DNA of 64,000 nucleotides. Source: Amphiscolops sp. MND2022 (lineage: Eukaryota). The translations under genes and the position numbers were made by a program. Every line of letters starts with the position of its first letter. Within the stretch, counting starts at the first letter, position 1. Location: assembly GCA_964187785.1 (NCBI GenBank), contig OZ076409.1:55120001-55184000 (forward strand), given 5' to 3'. Under the pieces are notes generated by a model. It saw only the letters and a list, made by a program, of their open reading frames with translations. It ran no database searches and was not told the origin of the DNA. This document shows, in pieces, positions 50,360 through 64,000 of the stretch.

Positions 50360-50705
50360 CTGAATGCCGGAAAACGGTATACTCAGCATTGCCATACATA
50401 GCGTCTTCAATTTTTGATAATTTGGAACAAAGGAGAGCCACGACTCAGATTTCAGAGGTTTCAAAAAAGTTTGAAGCAATGAGCACACCTTGGAAAAAAA
50501 TTCTGATTATAGTGCACGCTAAATGGCATCGATGAAAAAAGCATTTTCTAATAGGAGTGCTCAATATTCGGTTTATATTTTTATTTTCTGACACTTTTAT
50601 TGTCTAAACTTTGAAATAATTGATTTTTTCCAGAAATTTTCAATACTTTCAAGTTCAAATTTTGATTTGGTTTTAATCTCTGAACTTTTATCTGAAGGTG
50701 CTCAC

Positions 50706-50819
50706 CAGTACAACTGTGGCCATCACCTTCGTAGTTTGCATAGCAGACACACGTGTTGATAGAATTGATTTCAACACAGTAAGCGTTCTCTGAGCAAATA
50801 TTCCCTTCTTGCCAGCACT
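50706..50819 (-). CDS. Exon: EGF-like repeat
   Basis: ECWQEGNICSENAYC...CVCYANYEGDGHSCT; TTTTAG acceptor, GTGAG donor. Confidence 0.88.
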
Positions 50820-51547
50820 CTAAAACCAAAAAGTCCCTGGTAGCACGCTAACAAAAGTCTTTGGTTGTTCTATTTTTGCGGGTTTTCAAATTACAAGAAA
50901 AGCTCAAAGTTTATATCAGATTTGAATTTGCATTTCTATTTAATCAAGTGAAGATACTGAAAAGGCCCAGTGTTTGCTGAAACAAGTTAGTAATAGAAGA
51001 AATTGTCAGTATCAAAACATTTGATTTGTTTTTAGGGGGAGCAACCGAGACACCGAAAAATTCGCCATTCATACATATTCCACTCAAGAATGAAACAACC
51101 TAAAGTATACAACCACGAGTGTCCCAAAATCATCAAACGATTTGGTCTAACATCTTAGAGGTGACTTGGATGCAACTTTCAGATATTCTGATTTTGGATC
51201 AGCCTTTTTTCAATTTCTGTTTCAATCCTTTGGCAATTGAGAAATATTTGACAGAATATGGAGAACACTATTAGCAGAAAATGAGTGCAACTGTTTCAGT
51301 GGCAGGTTTTTTTCTTTTTTTTGTCAGATAACAGAATGTACGTGTAGTGGACACTCTTTACAGAAGCTACTCAACTACTGGACCGTCCTGCGGAAACGGA
51401 TCCAAGTTAGTGCAAAGAGACTCCGATGTGTCATTTTTTCCGAATAGCTTTCTTACCCAGGATTCAATGTTTACTGCTGTGCTTCTTGTATTTACAATTC
51501 CTAGTAAATTCGCTACTAGGGGATGGTTCATAGACATGATGCCTCAC

Positions 51548-51760
51548 CGTTTGGTTTTCCATAGATTTCCAATTCACAGAAAGTGAGAGCTTTTCCATGA
51601 CTCAGCAGTATCACTTGATTTGTAACGTGCCACTCATTTTCACATTTCACATACGCCCATTCGCCTCTTTTTGTGTCTTGTACAAGTCCACAATTTCGGC
51701 ATGTGTTTGAACCCAAACAAACTTTAATTTGGACTCCATCCAGAAGTTTGGCTACCAAAA
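51548..51760 (-). CDS. Exon: second half of F-type-lectin/discoidin-like domain 1
   Basis: TTTCAG acceptor; LLDGVQIKVC...CG...VKC...QVIL...LTFCELEIYG; GTGAG donor. Confidence 0.75.
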
Positions 51761-52513
51761 CTGAAATTATATCACGCTTTTTTAAGTACATAAAGGCTTG
51801 ACTCATCTATATCTGAAAATTTTTAAATGAGAAACTGGAGAAAAATCTAATGAATAAAAATAAATATATATATTTCATTTTCTTAATTTTGCCGGATTTT
51901 TGTATTTTCTAGCTCGACTACTTTCTATAAATACATATTATATAGGTTTATTTTTATGGAAAATGGGTTCGTTTTTGGTTTTCTAGTGAGCTTTTACAAA
52001 CGTTTCGATGAAATGGATCTCATTAAGGCGCTCAATGATCGAAATCAAAGCACCAACTTTGATAGCAATTTTGAGCTCCAGAATTTTTATCACTTGCTTC
52101 TCTACTTAGTTTCCAATTGTATTCATTTTCGAATGTTTTGACTTGAAAGAAGTTTTGTCATCATAAACAAAAGTCATCATAAACATCAACTCGTCACAAC
52201 AAACAACAAAAACTACTAATCATATGAAGTATCAAAAGCAAAAAATACCTTCATTTTCATTTCATCGAGCGCAACAACATTCACAAAGAAAAAAATAGTG
52301 AATTCCCAGATCTTTCGATTTAAGTAACAAAGCTTCTAGTCAGTAAGAGGAAAAAGTGACGAGTCTATAGATTTATATAGACTTCAGTTTTCGTATATAA
52401 AGTATAACTATAGTCACAGAGTTTGTTTCAAGATCTTGTCACGGAATTTTCTTTGACCCAGGGTATGAAATGTTTGAGTTATCAAGCCTGTAGCTCCATC
52501 TTTTGTAACTAAC

Positions 52514-52750
52514 CTGAATCGTTCCTGTTGAGCAACCTAACAGCTTCAACATTCGTGAAATCGATGTGGAATTTCGCCCAGACATCGGCTGTCGAGCTAG
52601 ACAGATAACAGCCACTTATTACAGTTGAGTTGTTTCCGTCAAATGTGTTCTCAATTGTAGTAGCTGGTAGGTTTTCATAATTTGCCATGGCTTCAGCTCG
52701 GAGAATATCAATTTTGAATCCTTTAATTTCTCCTCTCCAATCATTTTCAC
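52514..52750 (-). CDS. Exon: first half of F-type-lectin/discoidin-like domain 1
   Basis: Manual translation GENDWRGEIKGFKIDILRAEAMANYENLPATTIENTFDGNNSTVISGCYLSSSTADVWAKFHIDFTNVEAVRLLNRNDS; TTTAG acceptor, GTTAG donor; in phase with the 51760 exon. Confidence 0.7.
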
Positions 52751-54602
52751 CTAAATGCAGTTTCTACGATGCAGACCAAACCTTTATGTGGTGAAATGGC
52801 AACACCTAATGTTTATGGAAATTAATCAGTTGAAAGATCTAGAAAAAAATCAATGGCTTGGTTCCATTTTGCTCGTTTTTGGCATCAAAAGTTACAGATA
52901 TTACCAGCGTTTGTAGTAACCCTGGACTGCCAAATGGTTGACTCAACTTTAAAACTTCATAGTGTCATGCCGGAAGCCTGATTAGAATAATGGAAATACA
53001 CTGATGTTGTCGAATAAACAACACCTAACAGCGCTACATGCGAGAAATATAACTAAATGGGAAAATGACGCGGTTGATTACGCCAGATCATATGAATCAA
53101 ATGTATGAAATGGATAGTAGTATAATGCAAATTTGACTAGTGATGCTGTCAACCATACAGCATAACTCTGGCGACTAAACTTCAGCAGAAGAAAATATCG
53201 CTAAACTCAACAACAACGTTGCCTACATTACTACATGCCGATCACTACGCTACCAAGAAATGGGAACACTGGAGATTTAACTGCAACGCTGTCAAGTACA
53301 CTACATCACACATGGTTGATGGCTTATACAGAGTAAAATCGACAGCAATGCTGACAGTCAAACAGCACTACAAAGGCAAACGGGAAGATGCACTCAAACA
53401 TTTTAAACTTTAAACTCGTCAAATAACGCACGTAGGTAAATGCATTAACTTATACGAGATACTTCAACATTCATGAATTACAACTGAGTGACGACGAGCC
53501 TATCCCATCATCATTACCATTATCCAAAGCCAAGTCATTTTGTAAAATTAGCACCGTTTATACCAATACGTTCATCATATACCATGTAAAAGTGCTTTTA
53601 ACATTTTTAGCCTCTCATTAGTGATTTAAATATATTTCATGAAAGGATGGCAATAAATATATCATCATCGTATTTCAATATAACCATTTCACTCATATAA
53701 GCACAGAGGTGAACCCGTGCTTCGCAAGCACTTGCGCAGAAGGTTGCGAACTTTCGAAGAAAACCAAATCAGCAAAATCATACGGAGAACCAAGTGTAAA
53801 ATGACATTGTTAAAATTGCATCAATTTTACAGCGCCAAAAAATACCTGAAGGGATACGCATAAATCTCGAAAACCATTCTTCCCCAACTGGAAACTGCAA
53901 AAAACCCAACTTTCTCAACTGGAAACATTAAGAAAAAACAAAAATAAGGAAAAATTTTTTTGGAGAAGGTCTCCGGTAAGTCGCATAGTGCCGAAAACCT
54001 TGAGCATTCCTTTATGCTCGCAAAACGTTTCATTTTAAGTAAAACCTGAGGGGGGGGCTTCGATGAAAACAAATTTAAAAAGTAGCATAGAAAAAACGCA
54101 GGTCTTGAAAAAAGATTGTTTTAACAACGCTGGATTTTTCAACAACCATTCTGTTGCGAAATTTCAAAAAAAATTGAAGGGGAACCCATTCGAGTCTTTG
54201 AAAAATTTTCGAAAAAAAAACAAAAAACGAGAGTTTTTAACAGTCTCATAGTGCCGAAAAATCTGAAAGAAGGGACTCTTTGGGAGTTTTTTACATTTGG
54301 GATTTTTAACATTTGGGAGGACCCTTAGAGGACATTAAAAACTTTCGAAAAGAAATCGAAAAAAGGAGGAGTCTCATACTGCCGAAAACCTGAGAACCTT
54401 CTGCTTCGGCATACTTGTAAAAAAAGAACACAACTATCTGGGTTGAAATGCAAGCATCTTACCACTAGACCACGAACGCCTGAACTATGCGACTTGCGGG
54501 CTGAAACGAGAGAGTTGTCGCGCGGAAAAAAAGCACCCGCACTTCCCCATAACACTTGCTTATCGCAAGTGTAATTTCACTGTGACGTTGATTGATGATT
54601 CA

Positions 54603-55246
54603 TGTAACGATGGCAACATACCAGCATAGCATTAAACTACGAAACCTCAATTGCGCAATTACTAGTATGAAGCGCTAATTAAAACCTACCCGAGAGTGCA
54701 GTGCTATTGATCAATTCAGTCGCGTGACGTTGTCACATGACCAGCTTTGGTGAAGTTGGTAGCAGGTGTTGAAATACAGCCATTACACTTTCGTATACCT
54801 TGACGCAACGTTGCTCACTACATCATCAGAATGATACAGCGAGTTATACATTCCCATTAAACACAGCAATACTTATATCTCAATCACAATTCAAATCTTA
54901 AAATCACCATTTTGTACCTATGGTAAAAACTAGATCCCAGAACAAAAGGACTGAAACTGCCAGTACTACCAGAATGGAAGGATACAGTGACAATGAAAGC
55001 GAATGTAGCTTGCTAGAGGTCCTGTCTAGAGACCAAATGAATGATTTCGATAACGGAGATTTACTCGGTCGCAGAATCGACTTCGAACAAAATATGGTCG
55101 ACCGAACGCTCTTGGAGATGAATAGACAAATCAGCGATCTAACTAGTCTAGTGCTAGCTTTAACAGCAAAGATATCCTCTACCAATAGAGAAGGGAACGG
55201 ACGGGACTGTTAACTTCATCTAATGCACATGAGACCCGTTCCTACA
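54603..55246 (+). mobile_element. Probable solo LTR containing the start of a gag-like ORF (54920-55213)
   Basis: TGTA...TACA ends. The ORF begins MVKTRSQ, has a coiled-coil-like segment and stops near the terminus. No clean TSD seen. Confidence 0.4.
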
Positions 55247-57882
55247 CATAGTTTTCGAGAATTCATAATCTTAAAAGCCAAAATTTAAATTTCATAATTT
55301 AAGGAAGCATTTTGGGTATTTCGAGCGTGACAAGCTCGTCGATTTGTAGCAATTTCTGGCTCTTTTCAAACAATTTTGCACTTTGTTTGTATGATGACCG
55401 TGAAAACATTCTTGAAGTTTCCAATTATCAGATGACATCTATAGTCAACTTGAAACTGGTGCCTTATAAGTCAACATGCTAAAGCATATGGAACTCAAGA
55501 GTGGTCTGCAAACAAAAGCAACAACCAGTAAAAAAAGTCGAACTGATATTGCAACACTGAACATTATATCAGGTAGAGCAGCATTATACACGTGTTCACA
55601 AAGCTGTAATTTAGGCGATTGACAAGAAGAACGTCAATAACATTGATATCCAGTATCGAGAGTTTCACATCCACCACGGAATTAAAGTGAACGGGAATTT
55701 TAGCTCGACATCCGAAACGACCAGCACTAATGTTGCTATACAAGCTCTTCGAACCTTTCTGACCGACGTTTCCACCGCAAGGGCACTCATGGTTGCTTGG
55801 AGGCGTGAACCAATCGACGTGTTCAGTTGGCGATTTTTTTTCAGTTTTTTATAAACACCTCGTAGACATCTCGGGTTTTATTGATTTCTGCGAAACCAGA
55901 AATTTAGCGAGGTTTTTCTAAGGTACGCGAAGTGATCGTCGTTAGAAACTTGCACCAGGAGCGGTAGTCTAGATATTAGTTGTCACCTTACGAGTCTAAA
56001 GCAGGGAGTGCCAGGTAGGTTCCAAGGGGATAACCATCAAATCCTTAGTACCAGCTTAGTCCTAACAGTTTAGTCCTAGGGGTACCAGCTTAGTCCTAAC
56101 AGTTTCTCATTGCTTCAACAATCTACGGTACGATGTTGAAAAAAATTAGTCCAGCCACAAGCGGAAATGAGACCTTGGGTATGAAAATGGAGCCATTATT
56201 TGGTGATTGGTTTTCAAGCCTCACGTAGCAACTAAAATTGCTGAATTATTTACGAGTGAAATATGCGATATCGAAGGCGAGTTGGCGTAGTTGTAAAAGG
56301 AAGAAATTCGTAGGCACATATTTGTTGGATCGAACATGTTCAGGCCATAATGGTTTTACAGGATCGCATGTGCTAGTGGGACACTAGGTTTCATGATGTA
56401 TATATATTTTTTGAGTATTACGCGAAGCGCCGATTTTATCACTTTCCGTTTGCTTATAAATACGACATGTGTCAATTGAAAACTTTTAGATACAAGACTA
56501 CTTTTCTCGTACATATGTGACGCAATTCGTGAGTTCGATTATTAATTTGTTAAATTCTTAAAACCAGACCTCTTCCTCAGTCATGGGACCAATCCAATAA
56601 TTTGACAAATGTTTCCTGTATTGGTAAAAAACTGAATGCAAAGTCCAATGGAAATTCAACAATAGTGTGCATTAAAGTATATAACTGTGGATCCTTGTTT
56701 GCTTTTTTCTTTTGAAAAGGTCTCTCAAAATTGGAATCTTTTCTGCTAATTTCCCCACCAATTGATTCTCCCCAGTTAAGCGGTCAAACGAAAGTATCAT
56801 TGAATTAATAAAAACAACCAATCAAATTGCGGTACTCATAACTATATATATGCAACTGAAACTCATCGCTATTACTGGGGGGATTAAAATTTTTGCGCTT
56901 ACTGTGCTGGGGGGGGGGTTGTTGTTAATAGAAATGTGTTTATTGCTATGTAACCCTGTGGATTCGATTCCAGTAGAACTCGTCGACCAAACAGCGTGTA
57001 ATTCATTCTCAACTGTGCATTAACATGAAGTATATCAATGTTTTACGCGCCGCAAACCAATGATCAGTGATGAGTGAAAAAACAGGCCCCAGCGGTGCAC
57101 AGTAATATTTCTGCTTTTTAAGTTTTCATGTTTAATAAGAAAAACATATCTGGAATAACTAAACACGCGGGAACTAAGTTGTGACATGATTTTTGTTTCG
57201 AGTGTTTTCGTTTAAAAAAAACAACGGATATCATTTCGAGTAGTTTCAATGAAACAACAGGATGTGATTTTAACAAAAAAAAACAACGGGATGTGATTTC
57301 GGAGAAAAAATAAAACAAGACGGGGACGTCTAAAGTCGGCGCTATATCTAAGGCTCAAAAAGCGCAAAAGACTTTTTTTGAAAAAAAAACTTGAAATTTT
57401 TGATTTTTTTCTTTCAGAAAATGTCGCATAGTGCCAAAAAATGTAAAAGGGGGGACCCTTTGGGCTTTATTAACATATATTCTGTTTCAAAATATTTAAA
57501 AAAAAAACTCAAAAGGGGGACTCTTTTGAGACATTAAATTTTCGAAAAAAAGTCGCACAATGCCGAAAAACAATCGAAAGGGGGACCCTTTAGTCTCGTC
57601 CGGTTTTGTAGGTTACGTTAAAATAGTAAAAAATGAAAGGGGGGACCCTTTTGCACAAATTTCCGCTGACCGGACTTGGCCTTATGGTAGTAGTTTTAGT
57701 AGTTTCGATTGTAAAAAAAGTGGCCCAATCAGAGTGAGATTGTAGTCTGACGAAAAAAAAACTAGCCACTGTAAGAGTCGGGCACTTTTCACTAGAAAAG
57801 CGCCGACTAAAAACAACGTGGTGATTCGGACGTTGTTCAATTTCTTTTTCTCCCTGGCTATCAATTAACAAGCAGCTTCAAC

Positions 57883-58960
57883 ATGCCAAAACAGCAATTA
57901 AAAGAATTGATTCCTATGCATATGAATTTCAGGTAATTTTGGAAAGACTTGGCAAAAACTTAGTCTGTAAACTATGCGGCGTGACACTATCACAGCATTT
58001 GAAAACCGAAAAACACCGAGGCTAGGAAAACATGCACCGGTTTGGAAGAATTAAAACTTTTGAAGACCTCAAAAAGAACTCATTCAATAATGCTCTCTGA
58101 TATGCTCATTGTCAGCAAATATTTCAATACACAAATTGGGTATTCAACGCGGTATTTAAGCAATTCTTAGACGAATATACTAAACTCACTGTACCCGATC
58201 CTTCCACTTTTACGAAAGACGTATGTTTTGACTACTTATAATCAAAAGCTTCAAGCCGTCAAAGATAAGATTGGAAATGACCCAATTTGTAATGGTGTTG
58301 ATGAAAACTACAGATCGCACGCACCGTTTGGTAGTCATTGTTGTGGTCGCTTCGATGAAAAGTGGAGAAAAAGTCCTGCTGAACACGGAGTTTCCAGGTA
58401 GGACCAAAACTCAAACAATTGGCGTGGCAATTATCAATTCCTTGCAGAAGTTTTATAGAAACAGTATATAGTATGAAAATGTTCTGTTGTTACTGTCTGA
58501 TGTTTGCATATCTTGCACAATATTGTTGAATATGTTCGTGGGTGTTTCCGTGAAGTGGACAAATTGATATTTGCTGTGAAAAACTCAAAAAATCACTCAA
58601 ACGAATCCCGATTTTCCGTGAAATGTTTCCCAAAACTTCGCTGTATTCCCGAAACTTTGAAAGTATTGGAAGCAATTCACGATGGATTGGCGACCCTGCT
58701 CTAATGTCAAAATTTACGACCTTTCTGAAAAAAATAACGGTCTAAAAATCTTGTGGAACGGTTTTGAAAACGTTTTGGAAGGACCGATACAGGAATGGAA
58801 TACACGTGATCGTTCGTATTCAAGAAATTCCTCTCACAACATTGTGACGTCGAGAGGAGTTTCAGAAGGTACAAGGACATTCGTTCGGCAAAACGTCAGA
58901 AATTGACTAAAAATATTCGGTGACTATTAATTTGTGTTTGCAATAAAGAATTGTGATCTC
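57883..58960 (+). pseudogene. Heavily decayed DNA transposase (zinc finger plus hAT-like core)
   Basis: Fragments in shifting frames: KNLVCKLCGVT..QHLKTEKH, VDE(N)TTDR-like, VLLLLSD, and a C-terminal PHNIVTSRGVSEG region. Confidence 0.4.
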
Positions 58961-61142
58961 GCATGGGGCTTGAATAAGTTTTTTGAGCACATAATGTTTT
59001 CACTTATTTTGAAAGTGTTAGCTAATACTATATTTAATGTAGGTACGTCTTTAAGCTCATATAATTCCTGTCCGTATTAAGAACATTTGCTCGCTTCATC
59101 TTAATGAATTCGGCGTACGAATGCATAATTACCACTCACTTGTTTCACCGCACGAGAAATGAATTGTCGTCGGTAGCTTGAGAAATTTGAATCTGACTCT
59201 TATACTCACTGCCGAACAAAATATTTGAATTTTTAGTAGGTACTCGAATAGGTAACAAAAGTTGACTGAAAAAATTGAGATTTCAATATTATTCCTGCTA
59301 TCGCAGAAATAACAAAAATATGGTGGTGCGCAGTTTTTCTCCACACTTGGATAACTTTACAAAATAGAAGCGAGAAAGTTAATTCAGATTTTGGCCTCTT
59401 GTATTGATTACAAACGGTGCCATCAGAATGAAAACATACCCTGTTTCTGATGTTGCCATTTATCTGTCACGTTTTCGTTCAGTTGGGGCTTGCAGTCCAA
59501 TCCGTATGGACCGTCTCTGCAATCTGCTTCTTGGTTACATCCCCTGTGCTGACAGACGAGAATGCCATCGGGGCACAAGAAGCCTACACACGTACGCCAG
59601 ATTTCAAACGGTTTCTAATTTACAGTGATCTCTGTCACTTTGAAAAAAGAAGTATTTGCATATTTCACGGTTTCTTGCAAAAAACTCTCTTTACAAAAAA
59701 ACTTTCAGAGATGAAAAATTGTCAACTCGCTACTGCAGCATTTCTAACTTGTAGTTTTTTAAAAGGTAGCAAACTGTCAATTTTTCAATTCAAAAACTTC
59801 TTCATACCGTCGATTTTTGCTCTTTCAAACTTCAATGTCACAAATTTAGTTGTTAGACTCCTTCAACCGACCAGATGAGTTTTTCATGCTACTAAACTAA
59901 CTAGTCAACGTTTTTGCTTAACGCTACTAACGTGTCATTGCAGTTTTGATAATTCAACATTTTGTTACTTATTGTTTATAAGTATTGAATAGCTCATAGT
60001 AGTTTTACTTACTGCTAGCCAGAATGAGTTTAAGGTTGATCAGAATGAAAATTTCAAGTAAGGTCTTCATTTCTAGATAGAAGATTTGAAATCCACTGAT
60101 TATAGTAATTCCAGGTTATAATAATTCAGAGCAATTTTCAAAATTTTATGAAAAGTAGGTGTGAGCTTGTCATAATCTTGTAAATATTAACAACCGAATG
60201 ACAACCGAATGAGAATAATGATTGAATTGAAATCTAGAAAACTCAATTTTACTTGAAAAGATTTTAATACAAAATTGCATCAGATCAGGCATTTAGAAAG
60301 CAGGTGATTCAAGAAATGAAAACTGCAATAATGAAACCAATTTCACATTTCAGCATTATTCATATTTTTGTTTTATTTATACGCTAAAGTGTTGCGTTTT
60401 TCGTTTGCACGTTTCAGCATTGTTCTCAAAATTTTTTATTTACACACTGAAGTGCTGCATTTTTGCCGTAATTAAACATTTATTTCAACTTCAATTTCCT
60501 TGCATTTTGAGAGTTAACTCACAAATTCAGGTATCAAAAAAGAAAACCACGAAATTGACATTTTTTAAATCTTGATTCGGCATTTTATGTAATTTTGAAA
60601 AATTTTGTCAGCTTTCTCGAAAAATGTACGGAAACTGATTAAATCATTTGAAGAGGGAGGAAAATTGGATTTTGTGTGAAAAAGAAAAAAATAGTACACT
60701 TATTTATCAGAATTGGAAATAGTCATTTTTGGGGATTTTTTGCAATTTTGGGGTCACTAAAAAGTCCAAAAACCCCTTCAAGTACATATCGAAGAGATTC
60801 GGGCCATACCTGGCAGAAGGTGCGGTGTTCTATTCTTGCCGACGTCAGATGTTTTTTGTACTGCAATATAGATCGTTTCCCACGGTGGAACGTGGCCCAC
60901 TGGAGGTATTTTGCTTGTTATGAGCAAAAGAATTGCGCTTTTCGACCCCTGTGCCATCAAAACATTTTGCGAAATTGAATTTTGAGCTACATTTCTCTAA
61001 CTGATTCTTTTGCCTATTTCACTACTGAGGAGTTTGAATTGTTTTGAAATTTTAAACGCTTTTAGTCGGCGCTTTCATATAAAAAAATTATATCATTCGT
61101 TTTATAATAGTCAGGCTCTTTTATTATACAGTCACTCGTTTT

Positions 61143-61340
61143 TTATGAGACAGAACAATTAGATACTAGAATGTCAAGAGTGACCCCTGTAAACCCGTGT
61201 TTTTCCATTTGTTCTGATAACAACTTACAATCGATGTCGTCGAACGCTTTCTCGACGGCAGCAGAGAAAGCTGCTGGTGCCGTATTTTTTCTCTCGATTT
61301 CGTTTCTCATGGATTCATTCGGTGACAGAATTGATTGCAT
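61143..61340 (-). pseudogene. LINE (CR1/L2-like) reverse transcriptase fragment
   Basis: AVEKAFDDIDCKLLSEQMEKHGFTGVTLDILVS fits the D-x-x-KAFD-x-(I/V)...LL...G-x-x-G RT motif. Confidence 0.6.
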
Positions 61341-62449
61341 CTAAACGTGATCGCATCGAACAAAAACCATGTTGTATTGTGGTGTGAATGATACACTTTT
61401 GCCCACATTTAATCATTCTTTTATGTAGAAGTCCCTCAAAAAACTTTCTCATTGAGCTCAACAGGTTGATGGGTCTATAATTTGAAGGTCATCGTCGCTA
61501 TCACCAGAGCCATACAAACGAGTATACACCTGCAACAATGTCCATGCAACAGTGTAGTCGACAGTGCCTCCCTGGCTCCAGGGGTCCACTCTGGGACCCA
61601 GAGTCGGAAAAAAAACCAAGGGAAGTCACTTAAACTGTCGGCGACTTTTTTCTCAGTGGAAACCAAGAAACTAAGAAGCGTATCTGTTGCAGGTTGCCGC
61701 CTATGATGGTAATTTTTATTAAAAACCAATGGGACCCACCAGGGTTATTACCAATTTAAACTACTTGGTCCTCTTGTCTTTGCAGCTACACCAAAATCGA
61801 ACACCTACTGGAGGAAGCTTTATTCGAACCGTCCGGATGTTTGGTCTGTACGGTGACACGAAAATTGGCATTTTTGACCTTCAAAACTGTGTTTTATTGC
61901 CCAATTCTTCTTTCTGTGCCTTTAATACTGTTGAATTAAGGTTGATTAGCAAAACTTGTAATACAAAACAACAGCAATGTAAAGTTAAATGTCTCAATGA
62001 GCAAGTAAAATGTGAGTACACTTTAACAAGTAAACGAGTTTGAATAATCTATTGCTACAGCTTATTTTACTCCCTGTCCAAGTTTCAATTAGCCAATGAG
62101 AATGGAGCTATTCTACGCATTTTTTCTAGCCGGACAGACTTAACGTCTGTCACAGTATAAGTGTCATTTTCATTGTTTACTCTAGACATGAAGTGTTGAT
62201 AGTTGTAATATAAACTGTAAATAGTGCATAAATCCCCATCATGTAAATCTTTGACCCGCAAGTCTACCCTACCCGCCTTTTGCCAATAAACCTTTGATGC
62301 TATTTTTGTATCATAATTATAGTAACGTAATTCTTACGTCAGTTCAGGGGGGGCTATTTCTGAAACCCTATGTGCTTTTTATAGACGGCTGATGAGCATA
62401 AGTTTGCGTCTCACGGTCTTCTAACGAAAAAAAGGGTCTGTCCAAGCCT

Positions 62450-64000
62450 AGGGACACAATTTGATTTGCGATACACGAGTTGATTACGATTGATTCACTT
62501 TTTACTTGTTGAATAACTTCCTTCCTTAGTACTTGTTGAACTTTACCATTCATATTCCACAAAAAAACCACATCTCCAATAAAGCTTTTGACTGGGAAGG
62601 AAAATGCGTCTTCGGCGATAAAACTCAAAGTTTGGTGTATGATATTTTCATCTTGAACATGTCTAAGAGGCATGTCCAAGAAAAACTGTGCAATGAACTG
62701 AAAGAAAAACCTGCCGAAGCATTAGAAAATGCAATAGCGTTGGCAAACGATATTAGAAAACAGAAGACAATCGGACAGCTGACTTCTATGAAAATCAGAA
62801 AACAACCGGTATATGCAGTCACAAGCCAGGAAAACAAATAAGAATGCTGAAGATGCGGTGCCGGGAAATTTAAATCAGCAAACATGAAGGTTGGCATGTC
62901 CCGAAACGAATTCTAATTATTATTGCGGCATAAAAGGCCATTTTTAGAATTGTTGTACTTCGAAGCAGAGGGACAAGTTGAAGAAAACTGACATTCCAAG
63001 AAAAAGAGACAGACGTGACCGAAGTGCAAAAAAAGTCCAAAGAGTATCTTATTAGGGCGAAGACGAAGATTCTGAAAATGATGAATTGGTCCTAATTGTG
63101 GAAATTGAAGGTGCATAAAGCACTAAATGGAAGGATGGATAAATGGTTTTCGTTTCAAAAGCATGATTGTTACTGGCCCACCAGTAACAACATTTGCGTT
63201 AGATAAAAGGTAAAATGGAGGAAGATGTCGATTGCATTGGAAAGCACCTTATTTTACTGGGATATGTTTGCCAACTACAAGTGAGGGAAAGCTTATAAAG
63301 AAAGCGCTTGAGCTACTCGCATGACAGAGGCATGAAATCAATAGTGGATGAATTAGACATTATTGCAGTTGAGAAGGAGGCAAAAAAATTAGGCACATAA
63401 ACAAAATCTTTAGTAAACAAATTTCCACAGTTGTTTTTGAGAAAAGGAAAAGTGAAAGATCATGAGATCCGAAAAAAATGAAAGACGACGCCGTAATCTC
63501 GCAGCAAAATAAAAGAAGGATACCAATCCCAATGCAAAAAGCGGTAGACGCGGAAATAAAACGTCTATTAGAAAAACGGTCATTCTCGAAAAGTCGCTGA
63601 AATTAAGGTTGAAGTTTTCATCCACCAACTGTTATAACTGTGAAGAAAGACCGGTCAGTAAAAACTGCGGTGGTTGCGAGAGCCTTAAAAAAGCCATCGA
63701 AGACAAATACCATGTACCAAACTGAGAAAGTCTGATAGAAACGATAGCCAAAATGCTATATAATACCAATGGGGAGGCTTGGTATTCATCAGTTGATTTA
63801 ACATATGTTTATGGACAAGTCCCTTTACATGCGCTAACGGCGAAGCATTGCAATTTTCACATTATCGGCGGAGAATCAACGGGCACGTATCATTTCGTAA
63901 CAGGTTTTTTTGTCTGACGATTATGCCGACAGAATTTCAAAAGGTTATGGATAACCCTTCAGCTAGATTTAGAGAAGACTCGTTTTGAGCGATGACAATT
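62450..64000 (+). pseudogene. Decayed Ty3/Gypsy gag-pol fragment, running to the window end
   Basis: DIFILNM...VQEKLCNE gag-like segment. RT remnants VITVKKDRSVK, KYHVPN, WYSSVDLTYVYGQVPL, CNFHIIGGESTGTYHFVTG and IMPTEFQKVMD. Many frameshifts. Confidence 0.8.

Noticed and set aside
53160..53460. Coding-looking fragment (also a possible LINE remnant ~55440-55800)
   Set aside because: No recognisable motif or splice structure; too decayed to call.

Overview
AT-rich, transposon-dense metazoan (invertebrate) genomic DNA with spliceosomal introns and one 200-N assembly gap. The main object is a decayed 14.2-kb Ty3/Gypsy-type endogenous-retrovirus-like element on the minus strand (4049-18214; two ~439-bp LTRs, CCGGA target-site duplication, PBS, PPT). 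Besides gag, pol (PR-RT-RH-IN) and a class I fusion env, it carries unusual cargo between pol and env. The cargo is a TARG1/OARD1-type macrodomain downstream of integrase (absent from the ORF track), an antisense JmjC-type Fe(II)/2-OG oxygenase ORF with an intact HxD...H triad, a ~180-bp-period array of fixed-spacing conserved boxes, and a small orphan ORF abutting env. The element sits in one copy of a >2.4-kb tandem duplication whose junction is filled by a 5'-truncated CRE-like non-LTR retrotransposon. Three MITEs interrupt the 5' LTR, and a hAT-in-hAT nest lies just downstream. Host genes: an AHCYL1/IRBIT-like gene (+, ~22679-33381) with a duplicated serine-rich exon, and a minus-strand gene with two F-type-lectin/discoidin-like domains and EGF/cbEGF repeats (~38953-52750). 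The rest is Helentron-like repeats, MITEs and decayed hAT, LINE and Gypsy fragments. All calls come from manual reading and motif recognition; no database search was run.
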